A stretch of DNA of 64,000 bases, taken from IMG/VR virus record IMGVR_UViG_3300035070_002626, positions 235,911 to 299,910 of that record. One strand, written 5' to 3'. Positions 19,065 to 26,783 of the stretch are shown one piece after another. The notes under the pieces are model-generated. The model was not told the DNA's origin. It ran no database searches and saw only the letters and a program-made list of their open reading frames with translations. The position numbers and the translations under genes were made by a program. Within the stretch, counting starts at the first letter, position 1; each line of letters begins with the position of its first letter.

Positions 19065-19885
19065 TGCGCATCCTGCTGTTAAATGATACTTCTAAATATC
19101 ACAGCGGATGCAAACAGGTAATTAAAAACCTTAAATTACAAATGCAACCACATACCGCTGTGGTTAGCATTCCAGTGACTGTACCTTATATACAATACAA
19201 CGACTGGGATAACATTGATGCTGTTGTTGTTAACGGCGAAGGTACTATGCATAACAATCGCCAAGGTGCAGTTAGCTTACTAAACTTTGTAAACTTAGCC
19301 CAACAACAAAATAAACCCACAGTGCTGCTGAATTCAATTTGGCAGAACATGGACACTAGTTGGAAAAGTGTAACTGATAATTTGCAGCAATGGAGTGTAA
19401 GAGATGTGTATAGCCAACAACACGCTCAACACGATTTTGGAAGAACTCCAGACTTGTGCCCAGACATTAGTTATATCAATTGCCCAGATGTGTCAACTGT
19501 TGAAACACAACACAACATCACACTAGGGCAATATGCATTTGACAGTGTACACAACCACACCAAACACACGCAACGAATAAACATATTCAAACAATCATGG
19601 CATGATGTAGTTAATCAGTTGCGCAACAGCAATCTATGTGTTACTGGACGCTTTCATGAGGTTATGGCATGTATCTGTGCAGAAACACCATTTGTTGCAG
19701 TTGAAGGTAACAGTTGGAAAATGCAAGCACTCATTGCAAGTGCTGGTGCAGATATACCTGTACTCAATGATTTTCCAACAGACTTACAAGATGTTGAGCA
19801 TTTTTCCAGAACATACCATTTAGAATATGCTAAAGTATTTAAGTGGCATAAGCAAACAATATCAAAGTTTTCTTTAACATTATAA
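19064..19885 (+). CDS. Polysaccharide pyruvyltransferase-like protein
   Basis: VVNGEGTMH, WSVRDVYS, CPD and VTGRFHEVMACI..ETPF motifs; TAATG translational coupling. Confidence 0.75.
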   Translation: MRILLLNDTSKYHSGCKQVIKNLKLQMQPHTAVVSIPVTVPYIQYNDWDNIDAVVVNGEGTMHNNRQGAVSLLNFVNLAQQQNKPTVLLNSIWQNMDTSWKSVTDNLQQWSVRDVYSQQHAQHDFGRTPDLCPDISYINCPDVSTVETQHNITLGQYAFDSVHNHTKHTQRINIFKQSWHDVVNQLRNSNLCVTGRFHEVMACICAETPFVAVEGNSWKMQALIASAGADIPVLNDFPTDLQDVEHFSRTYHLEYAKVFKWHKQTISKFSLTL

Positions 19886-19902
19886 GATGTCTAAAGACAT
19901 CT
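19885..19902. terminator. Perfect 7-bp hairpin at the convergence point
   Basis: AGATGTC-TAAA-GACATCT directly after the 19885 stop; only a weak U-tract. Confidence 0.4.
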
Positions 19903-19929
19903 ATTAATTCGCTATCGCTCTTAATAGTT

Positions 19930-20340
19930 TTTTTATACAAGTGATTAATATTATTAAGCACGAGAGAATCGAGTGTTTCATTATCATCTAGATTTTTTGG
20001 TCATACTTGCCCTTGCACAGGGCAAGCATAACCGAACATACATCATCATCTGAGTCGTGTCAGTCACTTGAATAAAGAGATTTGTAATAGTTACAACGGA
20101 TGCGGTTACGCTTTACACCCTACTCTAGCCTTGTCTCGCAACGGAGCCCTGTAATATACTCATTCAAGCAAGTATATCGAGAGCACAGGTTGTATCTGTT
20201 TCACAGAGCCTGTATCATTTTAGCCTTAAGTTAGCCTGTCCTTGGAACTCACTATATCTGTTCATGCAATTACTACATGTTCTCATAGTGGGTCGAGGTG
20301 CCTCGACCAAACAATGTTCCTATAATAGCTGGGGAATTTT
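19930..20340 (-). ncRNA. Candidate large structured non-coding RNA (boundaries approximate)
   Basis: Largest ORF-free gap; at least six stems, with G.U pairs that form only on the minus strand (e.g. 15-bp stem 19999-20033). Confidence 0.6.
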
Positions 20341-20452
20341 AAAAGGGAAAGTTAAAAAGAAGTTTGAGCATTGCTCTGTTTATTTGCCTGTGCATAGTGT
20401 TTATGCGAATATTTTGTATGTAGTAAATTTATGTATATAGTAAAGCATTATG

Positions 20453-21442
20453 TTAACTTTGTAAACTGTCTAGTATTTCTTTTGCATACTTTTGGTGTGT
20501 TAGCGGCCCAGGGTGCATGTTGTTTGTGCCTAAATCTAAAAACTCTTCGTATAAACCCTGTATGTCTTCAAAATTTGGCGTAAATTTTCTAATAACATTG
20601 CATGTCTTGTTGAATAGAAAGCGGTCTAGTGCACTATTTCCAGGAAACATGTTGTAGCATTTTAATGTAGCACCAATTTTTTTGCAATAATTTTCTACTT
20701 GTAAGATTGAACACAACTGGCGGTGTAGGTTATTTTCTGAAAAAAGCTCATAACGTGAAAAATGTAATTTTTTTGATAGTTTTAAATTTTCCTTTGGCCT
20801 TGGTGGCCATCCTGGTCTTATAAAATGCAATTCGCCTTCGTGTGCATGGTAAAAACGTTCCCAGTGTGTTATACCCCAAACAACAATATCTCCAGAGATA
20901 ATATTACTTCTAAGTATTTGGTCAGCTGACCAAGATATATCGGTTCCGCCTTTTGCAATATTTGTAACCGGCATATCCAAGTGCTTGCCAAGTAGGTATC
21001 CATAGTTTTCTGTTTCACTTACACCAGTTGCAGAACTAAAACTACATCCTGCCACCCATAGCTGATTTTTGTCAGTTTGTCTTTCTTTTATCGTTGGAAT
21101 TGTGCAGTGTAAACCGTTAATATGTTCAAGTCCATATGTTTTTGTAAAATTACTTCCGTGTAACAAGAGTGGTTCGAGTACATATTTCTCGTTTTCAGTA
21201 TACAAATTATTATCTGTTTCCCAACCGTGTTGCGGTGAATAGTGTACAATATCGCTAGTAATTATGCAATTCCATATCTTTGATTCTGCTTTAGACAGAT
21301 CTGCTATGCTTGTATAACCACTTTCTGGTGAAGCAAGCCACGATGTATAGTTTGAATCATTTACTAGTACACTGTCTGGATCAACAAATTTAGCCAATCT
21401 TGCTAGATATTCGTTGCTGCTCCCAATCCAAAGTTGTTTCAT
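20453..21442 (-). CDS. SGNH/GDSL-like hydrolase or acyltransferase domain protein
   Basis: VAGCSFS (block I Ser), NIAKGG (block II) and C-terminal MHPG (block V His). Confidence 0.6.
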   Translation of the reverse strand: MKQLWIGSSNEYLARLAKFVDPDSVLVNDSNYTSWLASPESGYTSIADLSKAESKIWNCIITSDIVHYSPQHGWETDNNLYTENEKYVLEPLLLHGSNFTKTYGLEHINGLHCTIPTIKERQTDKNQLWVAGCSFSSATGVSETENYGYLLGKHLDMPVTNIAKGGTDISWSADQILRSNIISGDIVVWGITHWERFYHAHEGELHFIRPGWPPRPKENLKLSKKLHFSRYELFSENNLHRQLCSILQVENYCKKIGATLKCYNMFPGNSALDRFLFNKTCNVIRKFTPNFEDIQGLYEEFLDLGTNNMHPGPLTHQKYAKEILDSLQS

Positions 21443-21846
21443 TCTTTTAGTATGCCTTTTTGATGTACACGCACCTGTATGTGTCCATTGTACCAGTCTT
21501 TGCTTTCTAGCACTCGATGTGCAAATTGTTCTCTAGCTTCGATGTAGCTAAGTTCGCTTTTGCTACTACACCAAAACATTATTTCACGTTTAAATTTGTC
21601 TTTGCCTAGCAATTCTACATCAGCTGATAATGCATCACTACTTCCATAGTAGTCTTTCCAGTCGCTTTCTACAGTGTATCTACGTTTGTTAACTCTGCCT
21701 TTAAGCGGCTTTCGGCTGCGTTTAAATTGTGCAAGTTTCTTACCAATATACTTTCGGTTGTTTGTTGTATTTGTGATCAAATATACAAACCCAATTGCGC
21801 CCTCTGGAATGTCTTCTACTTCGGTGTCTTTGTAATACCATGTCAT
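21439..21846 (-). CDS. GIY-YIG endonuclease
   Basis: GFVYLITNTTNNRKYIGKK, YYGSS, LSYIE and YNG motifs. Confidence 0.85.
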   Translation of the reverse strand: MTWYYKDTEVEDIPEGAIGFVYLITNTTNNRKYIGKKLAQFKRSRKPLKGRVNKRRYTVESDWKDYYGSSDALSADVELLGKDKFKREIMFWCSSKSELSYIEAREQFAHRVLESKDWYNGHIQVRVHQKGILKE

Positions 21847-21857
21847 ATAAACATTTA

Positions 21858-23615
21858 TCAGATTATTTCCACATCGTTGCTATAACTTGTAAAGCCGTTT
21901 TCCTTGACAACTTTAAGCAAATTATTTACACGACCTGCAAGTTCATCCTTGTGGGAAACAAGCCATATACTCTTGTTGCGTTCTCGTGCCATCTTTTTAA
22001 GCAATGCTAAACTTGCTTCGACTCCTGATGTGTCCATGCCTGAATCAACTAACTCGTCGATAAACAACAAGTTAATTGAGCCATACAAGCTTTCCCACAC
22101 ATCGCGAAACGCCCAGCTCATACTGAGTATAAGTCTGTTGCGCTCACCACGTGACAAGTTATCAAAATCCAAGTCTCTGCCTAGTTCTTGAATCTCCACT
22201 GTGAGATCGTTTTGGAATATAACAGTGTGGGGTAAACCTATCCGATCTAGGTAATGTGTTAATCTAGAATTTAGATAAGAAAGATTTTGGTCAATAATGC
22301 GTTTTCTAACAAAACTATCTTTGTTTGTTAACAACTTCAGCAAGAAGTCTTGGTGTTCTTGCAATCGTGTTAAGTCGTTCACTTTGTCGTAACTAATTTC
22401 TTGTAATGCCGAAGTTTCCATATCGGCTATCTGATCAACATAAGGATCAGTTTCGTCCTTCTTGTTTTCCAGTTGTGTTTCAAGAGAGCTCAGTGTTGAT
22501 TTGTGATTGTGAGCATCGGTTAAGTTGTCGTAAAATGTCTTGGGCTTTGCGGGCACATCTTTCTTCTCGATTAACAGTGTAGCAATGCCTTGCTCTAATT
22601 CTGCTAGGAAGTTAGCTGCATCCAGGTGCTCTTTTTTTGCATCAATCATTTGTTGTTTGTGTGTTTCGAGGTGATCAACACTTTGTCCACATGCGCTACA
22701 AGTACCATCTTCGATGCTGTCAATTGACTTTTTAGTTCTTTTGAAATCTCTATCAGCTCGGCTAACTTGTGCCTGTAGCGCAGCAATGTCTTTTTGTAAT
22801 TGCGATTGTTCATTGTCGACTACAGTCCAGTTAACTAACTGTTCGTGTGCTTCGAGTTCAGATTCGATATTAACATGTGCTAAATCACTAATAGCACGTT
22901 CGATGTTGCTGATTTCTTCTTTGTTTTTATTCAACCAAAGAGTTTGTCTACGTTTGAGTGCATCAACTTGCTCACCAATTTTTTCATTGGCATTTTGTAA
23001 TGCCCGAATTGACATTTCTTCTTCTTTGATTAAATCTTTGGTATTTTTACTTAGTTCTTTGATTTTATCAGCACGTTCACTAAGCAATGTGATACCCAGC
23101 AGTTGCTCGATTATCTCACGTTGATCGTTTGTTTTGAGACTTAAAAACGGTTCGGTGTACGTGTTTAGTGCTACCAAGTGTTTGAACATGGTGTGACTCA
23201 TATTCAAAAGTTTGTTGATAGCACCTTGTGTTTCTCTACTATCGCCTTGTGCATTGTCATCAGCTTCTTGTTCGCTGTTGTTGATATAAAACTTCAACAC
23301 ATTAGGGCTACGACCACGTTCGATTCTATAGCACTTTTCTCCTATGCAAAAGTCTAAACTGACCAACATACCTTTGCTGTTAGTCTTGTTGATTAGATTG
23401 TTGCGTTTGATATTAGTAAGTGCTTGACCGTACAGTGCATAGCTAAGTGCATTGATAATAGTAGTCTTACCAGTGCCATTGCGACTGCCGTCACCGCCGA
23501 GATCAAGATTTTCGCCTAGTACCAATGTAAGGTCTTGCCTGTCAAAGTTAATTGCTTGCGTGGCATTACCTACACTCATGAAGTTCTTGACAGTAAGGTC
23601 TTTGAGCTGAATCAT
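21858..23615 (-). CDS. gp46: Recombination ATPase gp46 (Rad50/SbcC)
   Basis: Walker A NGTGKTT, CSAC zinc hook, signature LSRGE, Walker B LFIDE, VSH. Confidence 0.95.
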   Translation of the reverse strand: MIQLKDLTVKNFMSVGNATQAINFDRQDLTLVLGENLDLGGDGSRNGTGKTTIINALSYALYGQALTNIKRNNLINKTNSKGMLVSLDFCIGEKCYRIERGRSPNVLKFYINNSEQEADDNAQGDSRETQGAINKLLNMSHTMFKHLVALNTYTEPFLSLKTNDQREIIEQLLGITLLSERADKIKELSKNTKDLIKEEEMSIRALQNANEKIGEQVDALKRRQTLWLNKNKEEISNIERAISDLAHVNIESELEAHEQLVNWTVVDNEQSQLQKDIAALQAQVSRADRDFKRTKKSIDSIEDGTCSACGQSVDHLETHKQQMIDAKKEHLDAANFLAELEQGIATLLIEKKDVPAKPKTFYDNLTDAHNHKSTLSSLETQLENKKDETDPYVDQIADMETSALQEISYDKVNDLTRLQEHQDFLLKLLTNKDSFVRKRIIDQNLSYLNSRLTHYLDRIGLPHTVIFQNDLTVEIQELGRDLDFDNLSRGERNRLILSMSWAFRDVWESLYGSINLLFIDELVDSGMDTSGVEASLALLKKMARERNKSIWLVSHKDELAGRVNNLLKVVKENGFTSYSNDVEII

Positions 23616-24172
23616 ATAGCTGACAATCTTTCTTTGACTTTTTGTAATTCGAGTTTTTCTAAATTCATAACTGTTGTGAAGTTTGAATCTAAAACATCTT
23701 TATATTGTAACACAGCATTGCGTACTTCGTCAATTGGTAATGTTACCAATCGATCAATCTCGGATAGTATAGCTTTCATGCGATCAATTGGATCAGTGAT
23801 GCTATCATACGTTTCGTCTATAAAAGGACTAAACGTTTTGAATCCTTTGGTTTTTAAAAACTTCAAAGTATTTGCAGGACCAACAATTAAAAACATCCGT
23901 TTGTTTACAATCGGTCTGAGTATTTTTTCTGTAACAGCAGGATATGGATGCGCGAATACAGATTCAGTAACAATGTCAATGCCAATTTTTTGATAAAAAT
24001 CTTGCTGAAGGGAGGAAGTACGATCGTCAGTGCCCCATATCCAGTCAAGCGGCTTGCCAGTGATTAGCGGATCTTTAAAAGAGTTTATATCTGGATTAGT
24101 TTCTAGTTCGCCGTAGTGGTTCCAGTTTTCGTTCACTTTAGTGCTATTATTGGTATAAATTCTAACTTTCAT
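23612..24172 (-). CDS. Glycosyltransferase-like C-terminal domain protein
   Basis: IVTES...VTEKILRPI...FLIVG...GFKTFSPFIDETYD motif; ATGA coupling. Confidence 0.55.
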   Translation of the reverse strand: MKVRIYTNNSTKVNENWNHYGELETNPDINSFKDPLITGKPLDWIWGTDDRTSSLQQDFYQKIGIDIVTESVFAHPYPAVTEKILRPIVNKRMFLIVGPANTLKFLKTKGFKTFSPFIDETYDSITDPIDRMKAILSEIDRLVTLPIDEVRNAVLQYKDVLDSNFTTVMNLEKLELQKVKERLSAI

Positions 24173-24741
24173 TTGTCATCAACATTTTTAGATTTTTGAT
24201 ATTTGTATGAAGTTGCAATCATATCAAAATAATTTTGTTTTTTAATATGATTGTATAATGCATTACGGTGAACTCGACTTGATCCCATCATTGATACACA
24301 ATGTTTTTCAATTTTATCACTGTTTATGTCGATATTGTTCCATTTTGGATTAGACATAGAAGCATTGTAGTAAGGAACCGACATACAATCATCGAATACA
24401 ATAGGCAGATCGTATTGGTGTAATCTGTTAGGAATCAACAGCTTGAATTCATTAAGATATCCTGGATTGTTTGTAAATATTATTGTTCTTCCTAGGGATA
24501 TGTCGACTTCCTGGAATGTTCGAATTAAGTTAAATGTTGTTAAACCGTATCCACAATGTGGCAGATAGTATTGCAGGTCAAAATGTTCAATTACATAAAA
24601 ATCGTTAGGTGCATAAACTTCTTTTTTTGTTTGAATCAATTTGTTTTTGAGTAAGTCAAAATTTTGATCAAACATATTAATATCCAGCATATCAATAATA
24701 TTAATATTCTCGTTAATTGTGTTGATAAATTTTTTGTTCAA
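24169..24741 (-). CDS. Hypothetical protein, possibly the N-terminal half of the next gene
   Basis: TTG start just after the gp47 stop; ends with CVSMMGSSRVHR.ALY motif. Confidence 0.55.
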   Translation of the reverse strand: MNKKFINTINENINIIDMLDINMFDQNFDLLKNKLIQTKKEVYAPNDFYVIEHFDLQYYLPHCGYGLTTFNLIRTFQEVDISLGRTIIFTNNPGYLNEFKLLIPNRLHQYDLPIVFDDCMSVPYYNASMSNPKWNNIDINSDKIEKHCVSMMGSSRVHRNALYNHIKKQNYFDMIATSYKYQKSKNVDDK

Positions 24742-24742
24742 A

Positions 24743-25756
24743 TCACAAACTCCTGTAAATTTCTAGCAAAAGTTTATTGTCGTAAAACTCGCTGTCAATT
24801 GCAATAATCTGCTCAGTGATAATTTGATCAACACTTTCAAACTTAATATCACCGGGATTCATTTCTTCTTCTAGTGCACTTTGCTTGTTAGGAATCAATG
24901 CCATTTCTCGCAATTGGTACTTGGTAATGTATTGCTCTTTGATGTAGTTTGCTTCTTCGTAAGAAATTTCAATATCCAAGTTAACACGAACATGCATTCT
25001 CGGCTTAAGTCGTTTGTCAGCAAAGTCGATTACATCGCTAAGATTCATAACACTGTACAAAGGCTGATTGGGCCAAGAGATGTATTCCTTGGTACCATCC
25101 CAATCTAGTATCATCACTCCACGCTGATCGTCACCGGCATCAGAGAAGTTATGCGGAAACGCATTACCAATGTAGTTGATGTTGTTCTTCTTTTGCCGCA
25201 AATGGAAGTGCCCACTGAAAACTTCTCCGTAGCCAGTAAAATGTTCTGCGTTAATATCACCATGATCTGGCATCTCTACCATTGCATTCATCTTAAAGTG
25301 GGGAAGTTCAAAGTGTCCAAACATGTATCTAGCACTAGCATTTTTAACACGTTTATAATCATCACCAACCAGCCACGGAACAAGTATAACATCGTCTTGT
25401 TCAAACCATTCGTTGTGGATGTGCACATTTGGAATATGCTGTGCCCACTCGTAACTGTAAATGTCACGCTTGTCTCTATAATACAAGTCGTGATTGCCTG
25501 TTATAAAATGTGTGTTGTCAAATCCTGAACTTAGTTTTTCTAATGCTCTCAAACTATGATGCATTGTTTGCAAACTCAAACTTGCTCTATGATGATGCCA
25601 ATCTCCCATAAAGATGCAAGTTTCGCAACCGTGTAATTTGCCTTGTTCTACTGCCCACTCAACAAACTCCTCACAATCTTGATTGTGAAGAGCACTGTTA
25701 CTTTTCATGCCAAAGTGGATGTCAGTAAAGACCAAGGCTTTCTTGAACAAACCCAT
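24743..25756 (-). CDS. gp47: Recombination nuclease gp47 (Mre11/SbcD)
   Basis: FTDIHFG, GDWHH, GNHD, FGHFE, SGHFH phosphoesterase motifs; ATG 25756 preferred to the track start 25798. Confidence 0.95.
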   Translation of the reverse strand: MGLFKKALVFTDIHFGMKSNSALHNQDCEEFVEWAVEQGKLHGCETCIFMGDWHHHRASLSLQTMHHSLRALEKLSSGFDNTHFITGNHDLYYRDKRDIYSYEWAQHIPNVHIHNEWFEQDDVILVPWLVGDDYKRVKNASARYMFGHFELPHFKMNAMVEMPDHGDINAEHFTGYGEVFSGHFHLRQKKNNINYIGNAFPHNFSDAGDDQRGVMILDWDGTKEYISWPNQPLYSVMNLSDVIDFADKRLKPRMHVRVNLDIEISYEEANYIKEQYITKYQLREMALIPNKQSALEEEMNPGDIKFESVDQIITEQIIAIDSEFYDNKLLLEIYRSL

Positions 25757-25766
25757 GTATAAGTCC

Positions 25767-26681
25767 TTATTTGGTTTTAGTTGCTTTAGTTTCTGCAATA
25801 AAACGTTTTGATTCTGCTGAGTTGTTAAACTGTCGTGTCCAACTCGGATTCAAACCTGCATTTTCTAGAATATCATCACGAATGTTTTGATTTTTCTTTT
25901 CAATGTTTAGTACCCTAGTAAAACTGTTGGTAATAGCAGCGGTATAGTATGCAAACGGATTTTGCGATTTGCTTTCGTCAAATTGTAAACCAATTTGGCT
26001 GAGCTGCAACAATGCCTGTCCACGCATTTCTTCGTTGTAAGTATACCCACGCCAGTTTGAACGTGTAGCATAGCGTTCGCACAACTTGATAAACATGTGT
26101 GCTAGTTTGTCTGTCATTTTACCGTGATCTTTTGAGAAGTGACCATTGTCTAGTCCGCCGACCCAGTGACTTTTGCCCACAACATACGGAACTTTGTTAT
26201 CGTCGATCATGTAATGCCAAAATGGTGGAAAATTCAACTTTATATAGTTGAGATCTTGTTCTACTTCGGTCATAAGCTCTTGTAGTCCGTCGTCGGAATA
26301 ATCAACATCATCCATTTCTAGAATTTCTTCTAGTTTGGATTTCTTCTTTTCTTGTGCTTTGGTTAGCTTTTTTGGCACCATTGGGATGTGATCCCAGGTG
26401 GTAATGCGAAATACAAGCTCTTGGTTGCTGAGTTTTGTCGGATCAACTATTTCGCCTGTTTCTCGTTTGATGCGATCGGCTTTGTTACGCCGTGCTTCTG
26501 CAACCGTGCGCTGATTGATTTTGTCCACACTGGGCAAAATAATGTCATACTGCGCTTGACCCGGCTCTAGGTATGAACAATATGTGCTTTTACTTTTGTA
26601 AATTTCTTTGAGAATATCTCGGTTGTTAAGATAGTTAACTTTTTTAGGTTTTTTAACAGGTGTTTTTTTAGCTAATGCCAT
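25767..26681 (-). CDS. gp55: Late transcription sigma factor gp55 with internal insertion
   Basis: NYLNNRDILKEI N-terminus; NWRGYTYNEEM, FDESKSQNPFAYYT, EKK motifs; gp55-gp47-gp46 synteny. Confidence 0.9.
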   Translation of the reverse strand: MALAKKTPVKKPKKVNYLNNRDILKEIYKSKSTYCSYLEPGQAQYDIILPSVDKINQRTVAEARRNKADRIKRETGEIVDPTKLSNQELVFRITTWDHIPMVPKKLTKAQEKKKSKLEEILEMDDVDYSDDGLQELMTEVEQDLNYIKLNFPPFWHYMIDDNKVPYVVGKSHWVGGLDNGHFSKDHGKMTDKLAHMFIKLCERYATRSNWRGYTYNEEMRGQALLQLSQIGLQFDESKSQNPFAYYTAAITNSFTRVLNIEKKNQNIRDDILENAGLNPSWTRQFNNSAESKRFIAETKATKTK

Positions 26682-26699
26682 TTAAGTTCTCCATAATTG

Positions 26700-26733
26700 T
26701 ACTTAGTATAAACGATGTAGAGGTGGTTGTCAA
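26700..26733 (-). promoter_or_regulatory. Consensus sigma70 promoter with overlapping TAAGTA box
   Basis: TTGACA (26733-26728), 17 bp, TATACT (26710-26705); TAAGTA 26705-26700; GGAG SD before gp55. Confidence 0.8.
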
Positions 26734-26761
26734 TCATTAAGTTAGCCGTTTTTGATCGCCA

Positions 26762-26767
26762 TAAATA
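26762..26767 (+). promoter_or_regulatory. Late promoter TAAATA for the baseplate operon
   Basis: ATAAATA, then AGGAG, then ATG 26784. Confidence 0.7.
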
Positions 26768-26783
26768 ATGCATAGGAGTCAAC

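Noticed and set aside
20040-20052. AUGAUGA resembling a C/D sRNA box C
   Set aside because: Bacteriophage context and no properly placed D boxes; likely coincidence.
20250-20262. AGATATAGT resembling the group I intron S element
   Set aside because: No matching R element or P7 pairing, and no interrupted host gene.
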